Notes under the pieces: generated by a model
Database searches by the model: none
Told to the model about the DNA's origin: nothing
Seen by the model: the letters and a program-made list of their open reading frames with translations, nothing else
Shown here: positions 23,011 through 36,575 of the stretch, in pieces
Position numbering within the stretch: the first letter of the stretch is position 1
Layout: each line of letters begins with the position of its first letter
Position numbers and translations under genes: made by a program
Source of the DNA: Chiloscyllium plagiosum
Lineage: Eukaryota
Direction of reading: 5' to 3'
Assembly (NCBI RefSeq): GCF_004010195.1
Contig: NC_057720.1
Coordinates: 21,817,696 to 21,881,695, forward strand
DNA: 64,000 nt

Positions 23011-23234
23011 CATTACAGTTCTCATTTTATTTTTTTAAAAAAACAAAGCAAAGAAACAAGTTAACAGTTCAACACCACAGTTCATGACATCCTAGCCATA
23101 TGGGCTCGACTTCACCTCTTGCTGCCCTGGACTGCCTGTTCTCAGTGTTTCGCAGTCTGTTCCTGCTCCTATTCTTGCTGCTGGCAGTACCGGCTACCTC
23201 CCCTCACCCCTGCCACCGGCCACCCTGTGCTAAA

Positions 23235-23730
23235 AACAATACATCGTGGGAACAGGCCCTTTTTGGCCCCATAAGCCTGTGCTGATACATTTTGCCATTC
23301 CATACTAAAACGTTCATCACTTATAGGATTTGTATCCCTTCCTGTTCATATATTCGTCCAAGTATTTCTTGAGTGTTGCTATTGTCTGCTTCCACCACCA
23401 CCTCTGGCAGCACGTTCCAGGCAATCATAGCCCTTTTGCTCTTCAGATTGGTTCCACGGGTCGGCGCAACATTTGAGGTTCAAAAGGCCTGTACTTCGCT
23501 GTTATGTTCTGTTTCTTGTTTGAAAGGCTTGCTTTACACATCTGTTTAAAGCCACCCACTTGTCCAAAATTTATCACTTCATGTTTGTCCAGATTAAACT
23601 CTTTTTATCTGCCATTTTTCTGCCCATGCCTTCAACTGACCTATATTCTGCTATATCTTCTGAGAATCTTCCTCACTGTCCACAACTCCACGAATCTTTG
23701 TATCATCCACTAGCTTATTAATTAGACCCC
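23235..23730 (-). mobile_element. CR1 fragments, including a short oppositely oriented tail at about 23445-23515
   Basis: KLVDDTKIRGVVDSEE peptide in ORF 23651..23860 and CR1 3' end. Confidence 0.65.
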
Positions 23731-23823
23731 TTGCTGCTGGCTGCCCTGGGTTACCTGCTCTTGCCTTCATTGCCATCTGAAATGACTGCCATTGATGAGG
23801 GGGACTGTATTTCTTCTGCATCA

Positions 23824-24035
23824 GTGTGGTGCTGGAATCGCACAGCAGGTCAGGCAGCACCCAAGGAACAGGAGAGAATGTGCTTCGGACATGAGCCCTT
23901 CAGGAGTTCTTGATGAAGGGCTTATGCCCAAAACATCGATGCTGCTGTTCCTTGGATGCTGCCTGACCTGGTGTGCTTTTCCAGTGCCACACCTTTTGAC
24001 TGACTCTCCAGCATCTGCGGTCCTCACGTTCTCTT
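23824..24035. mobile_element. Penelope-like terminus pair forming a ~170-nt inverted repeat with hammerhead relics
   Basis: Arms 23824-23903 and 23908-23992 are reverse complements; both strands translate as QVRQHPRN in the ORF track. Confidence 0.75.
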
Positions 24036-24349
24036 AGTTTATGCAGCGTAGGGGAGATACTGTCACCACACAAGATTAAGCTAAGAAAAAAACGCTGTGA
24101 AGGGGGTGAAATATCCGTAAAAGCGGACAGAGAAGGTGAGCGCTGAATGCTGCATGGCAATTCAGGCATTTTGAATATTTGTAATGGGCAAATTTCTATT
24201 TATATTCGATCCAAAATGGTTTTGAGTAAATTTTTTTTTTTTATTTGCAGCAAAACCTTTTTGAACATTTGCATATCAAGATGCTGATTTTTTTTTTTTC
24301 TTTAAGCGGAAAGCTTTATCTGCATTAGGAAAGATCAGTTGATGAAAGT

Positions 24350-24668
24350 AGAGTAGATTAGGTTAGATTCCTTAGTGTGAAAACAGGCCCTTCGACCCAA
24401 CACGTCCACGCTGATTCTCCAAAGAGTAACCCACCCAGACCCATTTCCCTCTGACTAATGCACCTAACACTATGGGCAATTTAGCATGGTCAGTTTACCT
24501 CACCTGCACATCTTTGGACTGTGGAGGAAACCGGAGCACCTGGAGGAAACCCATGCAGACATGGGGCAAATGTGCAAACTCCACACACACAGTTGCCCGA
24601 GGTTGGAAACAAACCTGGGACCCTGGTGCTGTGAGGCAGCACTGCTAATCACAGCCACAGTGCCGCCC
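24350..24668 (-). mobile_element. Near full-length HE1-like V-SINE
   Basis: Reverse complement of the SINE at 54650-54943. Confidence 0.88.
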
Positions 24669-24819
24669 TCTCTTTTTCTCTGAAAGTCCCATTGTACTCT
24701 AATGTAGTTCTTAAACATTATTTACCCCTGAAGTATGCTGACAGATTTTGCTGAAAATGTTTAATTTTCAAAATTTGTTTAGGAAAAGCTTCACCTTTTC
24801 ATCAAAACATTAGTAAGAC

Positions 24820-25135
24820 ATTTGGTCTATTGCGTCTGCACTGATGCTCGAAAGAGCTTCCAACCCAAACTCATTTTCCTCCTCCCCACCAATCCCCATA
24901 ACCCCACATTTACCATGGCTAATCCACCTGGTTTGCATATTCCTGAACACAATAGGACAATTTTGAAACCAAGCAATCTAATTCTTTGGGCTGTGGAAGG
25001 ATATGGTGGGGGCCCTGGAGCACCCATATGACATGGAGATTGGGCAACTGTATGTGGAGTTTGCACACTGTTAGAATCAACCCAGGGACCCAGGTGCTGT
25101 GAGACCGTGCTAAAAGCAGTGCCACTGCTATTGCT
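24820..25135 (-). mobile_element. Older V-SINE
   Basis: Diverged similarity to HE1-like copies. Confidence 0.55.
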
Positions 25136-25344
25136 CCCAAAATTTTAACAATGCGGTTATATGAAAATAATACACCACCCTCAGATGAACAATGTAATTA
25201 AATGTGGAAAATGAAAAGTTACTATATTCAGCCAAATGCCATCCAATTTACTGGCTCAGCATTGAGTTGTGTTGAGTAAAATTAATATTTGCTATGCTGT
25301 AGACGTAATACCAAAGTGTTGGCATTTTGATTTTTTTTGTATTC

Positions 25345-25955
25345 ACTCATTGGATTTGGCTGGCCTCCATGTAATATCCATCCCTAGTTGCCCTTGAAGG
25401 TGGTGGTGAGCTACTGCAGTCCATAATTCTTGAAGTTAGACCCACACTGCTGTTAGGAAGGGAATTCCAGGATTCTGACCTAGTAGCAGTAAAGCCATGA
25501 CGATATATTTCCATGTCAAGATGGTGAGTGACTTGGAAGGGAACTTGTAGGTGATGGTGTTCTCCTGTTTCTGCCATCCTTGTGCTTCAAGACGGAATTG
25601 GGTATGGGTTTGGCAAGTGCTAAGGATGCTGTGTGATTTCTCCAATGCACATAGATAGTACATGCTGCTGCTGCTACTGAGAGCCATGACCGCTCCTTCC
25701 ACCAGTGACAATCTCCAAGCTGCTTTGTCTTCTATGGGGTCAACCTTTGAGTTTTGTTAGCGTGGCACTCGCCCAGGAAAGTGAGGAGTATTCCGTTATA
25801 CTTGTGCTTTAAGTGGTCAGACCTAAGGGAGTCAGGAAGTGAGTTTTTGCAGGATCCCTAGCCTCTGCTCTCGTAGCCACAGAATTTGTGGTAAGTTCTG
25901 TCTCTGGTCAATGTTAACCCAGGATGTTGTTAGTGGGGGATTCACTGATTTGTAA
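25345..25955 (-). mobile_element. Older CR1-type LINE 3' fragment
   Basis: Reverse complement of the 6620-6930 and 48200-49020 family. Confidence 0.65.
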
Positions 25956-25963
25956 TGTTAGTA

Positions 25964-26158
25964 CAGGGAGTCCCTGATTTGCAACAACTTACACTCTATA
26001 TGGGATCGTTTTTGTAATTTTAAAGACCTGACATGAATATTTCCTGAACTTATGAGTGATGGCTTTACATTGTAGTGCATTGTGTTCTAACTTGCGGATA
26101 AACTGATATGCTAACAGACTCCAGAATAGAACCAGTTTGCAACTTGGGGTTGACCCAT
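25964..26158. mobile_element. Possible Tc1-mariner/Tigger-like MITE remnant
   Basis: ta|cagggagtccctgatttgc with an imperfect inverted end gcaacttggggttgaccca|ta. Confidence 0.3.
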
Positions 26159-27169
26159 ATTTGCCAATATGCTCATTTAATTTCCTCCGGGTGGTAAGAG
26201 TAGAGAAGCAGATTCAGGGTGGTCGATGGCAGATCAATGTTTGTGATCCTACACTTACAATCTTCTACTGTATTTGTGTGGCATAGTGGATCTTGAAGCA
26301 TTGCCTAAAGTTATGTCCAAAGATACATGTTGAAGCATTCCATGCCCCTCCTTGTCGGAGTCCTCCCACTGTATGGAGGCCAGCACTAATCTGTCTTTTG
26401 TGAATAATATGATGAATCAGCATTCACATTAATAATGACCTGTCTTGGAGATTCCTCACCACAAGATCATTGGAAGTATGACCAATTGATTCAGCTACAG
26501 TAGGGGTCATTGGTTTTGCCTGAATTTTTGGGATTTTATTATGCAGTGGCCACAGCAACAATGCATCAGTAAAAGTAGTGTCATCAGCAACCTCTAGTGA
26601 CTGCTTAACAGTCTCCAAATAATGACGTTGCAACAGAAGGTCCCCTCCCAACAGGGTGGTTCATGAACACCAGAATCTGTTGTCCATGATGTCACTTCCT
26701 CCAGATGTGAGATGTAGTGCTGCGACTGAATGAAGATGTTCCCAGCTGCCACAGAAATGTTATTGTTGGAGCAAGGCTTGCGAACTGAAGTGAGGTGTGG
26801 CCTCCTTAGCCCAATGACACTCATGGTGACAGCAGTGCTAAATCTTCGTCGTCTTCCAAGAATCCACTGGGGACCTGACTGGGTTCTAAATATCTTCAAA
26901 TCACACGATTCAAGGCAATCTTTACATTTGACTGTAAATATGTTGTTACTGAAAAGGTGAGCAGCCCTGGATTAGTCACAGAAGCAAATGCAGCTTTTTG
27001 TTCTCTTTTTCTGTTTGATAATCATTAATCATTTGACAACATCTTATCCTTGTTAAACATGTAAAGCTTTTATGCTACAGTGGGCATTAGATTGGCATTA
27101 AGGAGGAGTAGTCTGTGTAGCATCATGCCAACTGAAACTATTGCCATGAGTTAACATGGCTTTTTTTTT

Positions 27170-27470
27170 TGTGGAATTCCTACAGTGTGGAAGCAGGCCA
27201 TTTGGCCCATCAAGCCCACACTGACCCTTTTAAGAGCATCTTAGCCAGACCCTGACCTTTCAAATCCTTCTAACTCTGCATTTCCCATGTTGAGCCTGCA
27301 CATCCTTGGACACTACGCAAAATTTAGTATGACCAATCCACCTAACCTGTGCATCTTTGGACTGTGGGTTGAAACCCATGCAGAAATGGGGAGAATATAT
27401 GGAGTTTGCACAGGTGCCCAAGGTTGGAATGGAAACCCAATCCCTGGTGCTGTGAGGCAGCAGTGCTGAG
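27170..27470 (-). mobile_element. HE1-like V-SINE
   Basis: Reverse-complement similarity to the other copies. Confidence 0.8.
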
Positions 27471-30400
27471 CAACAAACCCAATCGTTTACAAATGTGAAA
27501 TTTTGTTTACAATGAAGTGTCACGTGTACTGCCTGTGTGTTCTAAGGACTGTGTTTTTGCTTCTCATCCACAATTTGTGCTGAGAAGATATTCTGGCTGG
27601 CCGTGGTTGAATTGGATGCAAGTGTGGTCTTTAAATTTGGAGTCTGTGGTTAGGTATCTGGAAAGTCCTAGCACAGAGCACCATTGCCAGTGATGATTGC
27701 AAGAGAGTGGTACCATAGGGGTGTGGTGCAAATGTAATGAGATGAGCAGCAGAGAATTAATTGTATGAGCTGTCTCACTGGACTTCATTGAGAGAGAGTC
27801 CCTCCATGAAACTACTCAAAATTAACACTGCAAACCGCGAGGGCTCTATTTTCCCAGAATTCAGCAAAGTAGCCAAAATACTGTCATGTTGACTTTATCA
27901 GGTTATCAAATTTCAACCACAGATTTTGAAGCCTTAATGTTTTGCTTTTTAACTTGGACTGCTCAGATAGTAAACTCAGCCAAAGTTGCTACGTAACCAG
28001 CAGTACAGAAGCACTGCAGTTTTTCTCCAGGACAGCTGTCCTTGCAATTAACAATAAATCCTTTTATAGTCCAGCAAGTGTCCAAACATTTCAACACTTT
28101 CTGGTTGTTTTTCTCAAAGTCCCAGTAACTCTGTCGTCTTACAGAAAAGTTGTTTGCAAAGGGGCAGTGACAAGTACACTTCCTCAGCAGGAGGATACCA
28201 TTTCCACCCCCACACTTTCCTACCGATTTTCTCGAATGCATCCATTCCTGACTTTGGAGTCACCGTCAATCCTGGTATTAATGGTAACAAAGCTTTTCAC
28301 TGTACCTCGGTACACATGACAATAAATTCAATTCAATGATTCTTTCTTCCTTCATCACTTCTGATGTTAATGAAGCCTGGGCAGAACTTTTAACACCTTC
28401 ACTGGAGTCAATGGGTGGGGCAGAAGCATTGATTGTGGCATATTGATGCCATGAACTGTTGGGGAAGTGTTATGAGTCTTTAATCATTTCAGGTGTCCTC
28501 CAGAGCAATGTTTTGGATAACTGGGCCAATGGTTAACTTTTCTCTTTTCAGTAGATGTATTCCATTGCTTGTTTCTTCGCAGGGCAAGCCTCAGAGGCAA
28601 CAGTCAATCCAAAGTCTTCAACTTACATTTGATTTTCAAAAAGAGAGTGTCTATGACTTGTAACATACCACATTGCTGTCAAAGGAAGGAAACCTTAAGT
28701 GGTGCAATGTGATCCCACTGGTTGTGATTTCCTCCAGCCAGGAGAAAGTGAGACAGTTTAGAGCACCTTTTCTAGAAGCGGCATCAACTTGTGGCACCAT
28801 CAGTGTGCACATTTTGAGTTGATGTCGTTGATGTATCAAACCACAACGACTGGGACCACTTGGCAATTGTGACACACGTTATCTGTGCAGCCGGTGTGAT
28901 GCACAGAATGTTTTCACCTGTTCTGCAAAGGAGGGCCTCTTAAAAATTAAGCACAATAGTTTTATTTGTTTTTACAGAAATGTAAATAAAAAATAATTGG
29001 GTGATATCAGATTTCAGAATGTTTTTGGAAAGTAGTGTTCTGGAATCTGAACAGAATTTAGTATAAAGATTTGGATTTGACAAAGTGAGCACCTTAAACT
29101 TTGTAAGGACACAAATAAACTTTTACTGTATGGGAGAGGTGCAATTGAATTCTAATCCTGGTTCTCCATGGAATTTAGCAGACTAGATCCTACACTAAAA
29201 ATTTCTATGTTGATGCTGCCTGAGAAAATTAACTGCATTCAGACAGGAAGAGGGACTGCTTGAGTGGAATTAATTGTGAAGGTAATTATCAGATTTAACA
29301 ACCTTAAAATCAGTAGTCTTAATTATTAAGCATGCCTTTTGTGTGCTATTTAAATTGATCTGTTGTTACCATGACCTTTCTAAACTAGTAAAACTTCACT
29401 GCACTATAAATGACTGTGTTTCCTTGGTTGTGAAGTGCATTGGGAGCATGGTAATGAGTAATATATATGCAAGGTCTTTAATGCAAGTTCGTAAGCAACT
29501 GAACCGTGATTGGAGATACGATCAGCATTTTGAGTCTCCGAAAACAGGAACCATGTAATCTAGTTAAGAAATAATGGTTGTATGATACAAAGCTGTTCAT
29601 AAATTAGATAAATGACAAGAAATGTCTATGTGGCTCCAGATCTACATCACAGTAAATTCCTCACATTATGGGTTTAAAATATGAAGTGCAAATATCATGT
29701 GCTTCCTTTCAGTTTCACAGTAAAACTCTTCATCTTTGATTTTGGCGATTAGAATTTAAACTCCATTTTAGAAGACTGGTTCTTCAAGATTTTCCAAAGA
29801 ACAATAAGTACCTTCCTCCATAAAATGGTGGTTGGATTCATTTTGTGTTGTAATTAGTAAAATGACAGATTTTTGTAAAGTATTTGACCATCCAGTATTA
29901 ATTGTCATGGAGATTATTTTAAGAGAATGTCTGCAGAATTGCTGCAGACCTGCGATTTTGGCAACTAGACACTAAACCTTACTTTAGAAGATTTAACTCT
30001 TTGAAAAATCTTGAAGGATCTATAGATATCTCTCAAAGGATCAGAATCTTTTGGGTTGTATTTTTCAGTGTAGGTATTGCAAGTTACCTCCAGAGTTCTA
30101 GACATCTGCATACTTCCTGTGACCTTTGCTAGAGAATGCAACTGCTTATTTGCCCTCCATAATAATGCTTTTTACTTTTTTCTTTGACAGAAATATAAAA
30201 TTAATAGTAAATTGCTTCAAGTAATTTGTATCTCCACTTTGAATCAGCTTTTAGCCTTCTGTCCTTTCTATTTCCTCTGTTTTGTGATATTTTGCCACAT
30301 TAAGGACACCGTGTAACTGTAAGTTACCGATAACAAAATATAGCATTTTAAAGTTACGTCAGGACTAAAGACAGGTTCACTGAAAGGGCTATGGACGTGA

Positions 30401-30669
30401 TGGGGCATTTTGAAAGGATGAATTATTATGACATATAACAAACTTGACTTTAGACATGGCAACTTTGCTGAAGTCATCAATGTAAGAGTTGAATACTACA
30501 AAAAGAGATGAGTGGAGCATGCTCACAACATTACACTGTTGTGCTAAAAACTGCAGTAGAATATAGGTCAGTGGAAGTCAGAATTTAGTTTGTGGCTGTA
30601 GTCATGCTGACGAGAGGTTATGGTTGTTAGTTGCCCGTCATTGCAGCCTAGAGCATCCCTGACATTCCT

Positions 30670-30845
30670 AGGAGCAGGAGAATCAATGTTTCGAGCAAGA
30701 ATACTTCTTCAGGAAACCTGATTCCTGATGCAGGTCTCTTGCCCAATACGCCGATTCTCCTGCTCGGATGCTACCTGAGCTGCTGTGCTTTTCCAGCACC
30801 ACAATCTCAACCCTGATCTCCAGCATCTACTGTCCTCTCATCCTC
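30670..30845. mobile_element. Penelope-like terminus pair (inverted arms) with hammerhead relics
   Basis: gagcaggagaatc...gattctcctgctc inverted repeat. The minus strand keeps CTGAAGA...GAAA at 30689-30712. Confidence 0.7.
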
Positions 30846-32399
30846 CAATACTAACATTCCATCTGGCCTAAACATCATCGGTTGCTTCATCAATGACTCT
30901 TCCATTATAAGATCAAGCTTGAACTGTTCCAAATTTGTTTTGTAGTGTTCAATTCAAGTGTCAATCTCAGATATTTAGGAAATCCGTTCTAGCTCCAGCA
31001 GAATCTGGATAGTAAGCAGGTTTGGACTGGCAAGTATGTGTTTTTCATGCCATATAAGTATCCGCTTATTTATCTGCAACGAGTGTTCCACCATCGATCA
31101 TGTTCAATGGTACTATGTTTTATAAATCAACTTCACTGAGTCACTGCTGCGCAAAGCATAACTAGATTGGTTCTTTCAATATGTCTACATGAGCAGGGAA
31201 GAACTTAAAATTAAGTGATATGTCACTTTTTTTTATGCCTCACAGCCTCTCTACCTTCTGCATGACTTAATTTGGGAGTGAAATGGAATATATCTGCATG
31301 TCGGTATCACTGCCAGTTTACCTGCCATCTTGAAATGAACTTACGATCATTGCCACTTGGTCAGTATCTTAGTTCCCAATCAAAACTAGTGTGATGAACT
31401 ATCTCTCTAAAAGATTACAAATTCCAAAGAGAAGGTTTACTCCTTAGGATGGTTAAAGTTTAGTCATCTCCGCTCCTCAGAGGATACGATCTTTTAAAAA
31501 AAATCTTAGGTCAGGCAGAAGAGTTCAGGCTAATCCAACAAAACAAAATGAAAAATTAATACCCAGCTGCTTTCACTTCTCGTGTCTTCTGTGGGGTTGG
31601 GGTTGATATTAGTAGGTCAATGTGTGGTTTTTGTAACTTTCGTAACCAAGTAATTATCTATATTATAAAATGAAGAAAAATGGATATATAATTAGCACAG
31701 TTACTTCAGTCTAGTTTCCCTAGGTTTTGTGCAACTTCCTTTGATCAGCAAAAACCATTAAAATGTACTACAACCTTTGAAACTGGAAAATGTATGGACT
31801 CTCAGGGTAATTCTGCTTGTTGTTAGTTGCTGGCAATGTGACCCATTAACCTGTGAAAATGTTTGGTGTGGATATCCTACAGAGATTGAATGTGAGCATG
31901 CATTGTAGAGTCGTTTCTGAGTGTGCGCTTGAAATTATGCTGTAAACTAATGTATTTCATGCATACTTTAGGGGCATTTAAACATGTAAGGAGGGTGAGA
32001 GAGTGCAATTGCGGAAGGCAAGTAATAAGTTTTGAAGTTAGAAAGCTCTTTCTGCATCAACAGCTCCCAACCCGAAATGGTAGCTAAGATTTCTTTTTAT
32101 ACCATAGTTAACCAAAACTACCAATTTATTCTTCCAGGCTTAAATTTAGGCCTTTTGACTCTCGACCAAATGATTTCCTACTGTGGTGTGCAATTCTATG
32201 CAATCTCTTGTTATTAATCATCTTGTCTGTGCAAATCATCACTTAGAGCACCGATTAAATCACCCTTTAACAATCTTTTGTTTCAAGGAGATCAATCCAA
32301 ACTCCTCATCTTTCTACACCCCTATCACCATTGTAGCCAATCTCTTCTGTACATTGTCTGAAGCCTCATCGTTGTGGTGCTCAGATTGACACACCAATG

Positions 32400-32815
32400 A
32401 TTTTTTTTTTAAAAAATTCTTTGACATCATATGGATGCTGCTGGCTTGGCCAACATTTGTCTTTAGTTACCTTGAATCTCCATAGACCTTGAGGAATTGA
32501 TGCATCAAAAGTGCTGTTTGGAAAAGTTGTAGGATTGTGCTCTTGCAGCTTTGAAGAAACAGCAATATAGTTTTGAGTCAGATTAATATATGGCTTGGGG
32601 GAGAGCTTGCAGATGATGGCTTCCTGTTCCTCTGCCCTTGCCCTTCTAGATGGGTAGAGGTTGTGTGTTTTGAAGAAGGTATTGATGAAGCCTTGGTGAT
32701 AAAGTGCATTTTGTGGATGGTATACACTGCTGGCAATATGCATTAATGGTGGAGGGAGTGGATGGGTAATGTGGTGGATCAGTGTCAATCAAGGGGGCTG
32801 TTTTGTCTTGGAGAA
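32400..32815 (-). mobile_element. Older CR1-type LINE 3' fragment
   Basis: Same family as 25345-25955. Confidence 0.6.
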
Positions 32816-34321
32816 TGCTGACCTAAAGATATATCATAAATTTTTCACCTTTTTTGCACTGTGGTTTGATACAAAGCCAGCAATCTTTCATTTTTCAACT
32901 GCCTTCTGAACCTATTGTTATAGCTTTGCAATGTGTGTGAGAGAGACATAATTGTGTCCGGACATAATTATTCCTGTATCCACTCTAAAATTGGATTCTT
33001 TTGTATATGTTGCTTCACAGGACAGCCGGAGCAGTGTAAAGGTTAGGTATCAAAACTGAAGCTTGTTAGATGGCTTAAAAAATCTGGAAAAGTGATGATA
33101 AAGTGTCATTTTACAGAGACATGAGGGGTGGCTGTAGTTTGTGTGTGTGGGTGGGGGGGGGAAGAAAGATTTTTTTGGATTAAAATGACAAAACAAAGAT
33201 ACAGGTTCTGGTTGTTTAGTTCCTTTAAACTTGTTTTATCATTCAGTGTGATCATGGCTGATTTTCATATTCAGACATCCTTTTTTTGCATTAAATGTGA
33301 TTCTGGTTCCTATAATCAAAATAAGATCAGTTTTTATACTCTTGCCTCCTTCATTTGAAGACTAATTTTATCCTATAAAACTCAGCTATTCGTTTAAAAG
33401 TGATCACCTGGCACATCTTTTAAAAGCAATTTCACGTTTTGCTAAATTAGGTGGAAATAACATTGTATAAATTCTTCCTCTGTACAGTACATGTCAAAGT
33501 TATACCACCTAGCCTTTAAACATTAATTTCTTCTCAAATAAAATCTGGCATAATGTCAAGAAGTTAATTGTTAAGAGGTTATTTCTTCAAGGTTTCTCAA
33601 TTTAAGTACTTGTTTTTAGCTGTGTGGACAGTTCTAAGACAAAGATTTTGTCTATTATTAAGGCTATAAATACAAGCAGTGGCTTGCACAATTATTATTT
33701 GGAGTTTGTCACACTTTGAGAGAAACCTTTCCAACACCTCAGATTACTGTTCTAGAAACTTCTATATTTATTACATAACCACCAAAAATATTTCCTTCTT
33801 CTGCTTCTGACATTGTCAACGGATCTTATATTTAAAAAAATTCAGTAAAGCTGCACTTGGTACTCCCTATGTTAAGATTGCCAGCATTATCTAAGGCAAT
33901 GTCAGAGAAATTATGAGAAAGTGAAAAGTGTAGTTAATGTAATTATTCTTGAAGGTTTGTTAAAAGTGAAAAATATTTCAAGCTCTTCCATTAACTCTTT
34001 TTTTTTTTCAGAATTTATTTCATCCACTGTTTCTTGCACTTAACTTTGATTTACTGCTTGATGTCTGTAGACTTAACTGTATTGTTGACACACATTCAGA
34101 ATGAATGTAGGACTTAAATGCAACATATATATCATTACCAATTTGAATAGAGTTTCTCTCACTTGTGGCATTCCTGGAATGTTAGTGCTTGGGTCAACAT
34201 ACAATGCCGATTACTAATAGTGAATAACTTCCCTTGTTTCTGAATTATGCAACTTTATTGAAAAGCTGAATTACTGTGTGTTGGAAATTTGAAATAAAAA
34301 CTGAATTTTAGAAATATTCTA

Positions 34322-36575
34322 AGGTGGGTGAACTTAAGGCGTGGATCGGTACCTGGGGCTACGATGTTGTGGCCATCACGGAAACGTGGATAGAAGGGGG
34401 CCAGGAATGGTTGTTGGAGGTTCCTGGTTACAGATGTTTCAGTAGGATTAGGGAGGGTGGTAAAAAAGGAGTTGTGCAGTGTGTCCAGGAAGCTTTTCTA
34501 ACTCAGTATGTAGATTGTTCGACCAGAGGGGAGGCCATTTTGGATTTGGTACTCGGTAATGAACCGGGACAAGTGATGGGCTTGTTAGTGGGTGAACATT
34601 TTGGTGATGGTGACCACAATTCTGTGACCTTTCACCTTGGTTATGGAGAGAGATAGGTGCGTGCAACAGGGTAGGTTTTACAATTGGGGGAAGAGTAATT
34701 ACGATGCTGTAAGACAGGATCTGAGGAGCATAAGTTGGGAGCATAGGCTGTCGAAGGATGTCGTGGAAATGTGGAACTTTTTCAAGGAACAGATACGACG
34801 TGTCCTTGATATGTATGTACCGGTCAGGCAGGAAAGAAATGGTCGTGTGAGGGAACCTTGGTTGATGAGGGAGGTTGAATGTCTTGTAAAGAGGAAGAAG
34901 GAGGCTTACATAAGGTTGAGGAAACAAGGTTCAGACAGAGCAGTGGAGGGATACAGGATAGCCAGAAGGGACCTGAAGAAAGGGATTAGGAGAGCCAAGA
35001 GAGGGCATGGAAAATCTCTGGCGGATAGGATCAAGGATAACCCAAAGGCATTTTATGCGTATGTGAGAAACATGAGAATGATGAGAAAGCGGGTAGGTCC
35101 AATCAAGGATAGTAGTGGGAGACTGTGTATTGAGTCGGAAGAGATAGGAGAGGTCTTGAATGAGTACTTTTCTTCAGTATTTACGAATGAGCGGAACCAT
35201 ATTGTTGAAGAGGAGAGTGTGAAACGGACTGGTAAGCTAGAGGAGATACATGTTAGGAAGGAAGATGTGTTGGACATTTTGAACAACTTGAGGATAGACA
35301 AGTCCCCCGGGCCTGATGGAATATATCCTAGGATTATGTGGGAAGCAAGAGAGGAAATTGCAGTACCGTTGGCAATGATCTTTTCATCTTCACTGTCAAT
35401 GGGGGTGGTACCACGGGGCTGGAGAGTGGCGAATGTTGTGCCCCTGTTCAAAAAAGGGAATAGGGATAACCCCGGGAATTACAGGGCAGTTAGTCTTACT
35501 TCAGTGGTAGGTAAAGTAATGGAAAGGGTACTGAGTGATCGGATTTATGAGTATCTGGAAAGGCACTGCTTGATTAGGGACAGCCAGCACGGATTTGTGA
35601 AGGGTAGGTCTTGCCTTACAAGTCTTATTGAATTCTTTGAGGAGGTGACCAAGCATGTGGATGAGGGTAGAGCAGTGGATGTAGTATACATGGATTTTAG
35701 TAAGGCATTTGATAAGGTTCCCCATGGTAGGCTTATGCGGAAAGTCAGGAGGCATGGGATAGAGGGAAATTTGGCCAATTGGATAGAAAACTGGCTAACC
35801 GGTCGAAGTCAGAGAGTGGTGGTAGATGGTAAATATTCAGCCTGGAGCCCAGTTACAAGTGGAGTTCCGCAGGGATCAGTTCTGGGTCCTCTGCTGTTTG
35901 TAATTTTTATTAATGACTTAGATGAGGGAGTCGAAGGGTGGGTCAGTAAATTTGCAGATGATACGAAGATAGGTGGAGTTGTGGACAGTGAGGAGGGCTG
36001 TTGTCGGCTGCAGAGGGACTTAGATAAGATGCAGAGCTGGGCTGAGGAGTGGCAGATGGAGTTCAACCCTGCCAAGTGTGAGGTTGACCATTTTGGAANN
36101 NNNNNNNNNNNNNNNNNNNNNNNNNNNNNNNNNNNNNNNNNNNNNNNNNNNNNNNNNNNNNNNNNNNNNNNNNNNNNNNNNNNNNNNNNNNNNNNNNNNN
36201 NNNNNNNNNNNNNNNNNNNNNNNNNNNNNNNNNNNNNNNNNNNNNNNNNNNNNNNNNNNNNNNNNNNNNNNNNNNNNNNNNNNNNNNNNNNNNNNNNNNN
36301 NNNNNTTTTTCCCCGGGTACAATAGAGTGTTACAAGGGGACATAAATTTACGGTGAAGGGTGGAAGGTATAGGGGAGATGTCAGGGGTGGGTTCTTTACC
36401 CAGAGAGTGGTGGGGGCATGGAATGCGCTGCCTGTGGGAGTGGTAGTCAGAATCTTTGGTGACCTTTTAAGCGGCAATTGGATAGGTATATGGATGGGTG
36501 CTTAAGCTAGGACAAATGTTTGGCACAACATCGTAGGCCGAAGGGCCTGTTGTGTGCTGTATTGTTCTATGTTCT
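34322..36575 (+). mobile_element. Young CR1 LINE (ORF2 endonuclease fragment and RT), with an assembly gap at 36099-36305
   Basis: Long open frame with [25 protein letters not shown] and FADD. Endonuclease motifs DVVAITETW, ILDLVL and DHN. gttcta-repeat tail. Confidence 0.95.

Noticed and set aside
26160..26960. Possible Harbinger-type transposase remnant on the minus strand
   Set aside because: Only a vague peptide resemblance, with no clear catalytic motif or terminal repeats.
35053..36477. Antisense and X-containing ORFs
   Set aside because: Shadow frames of CR1 ORF2 and artefacts of the N gap.
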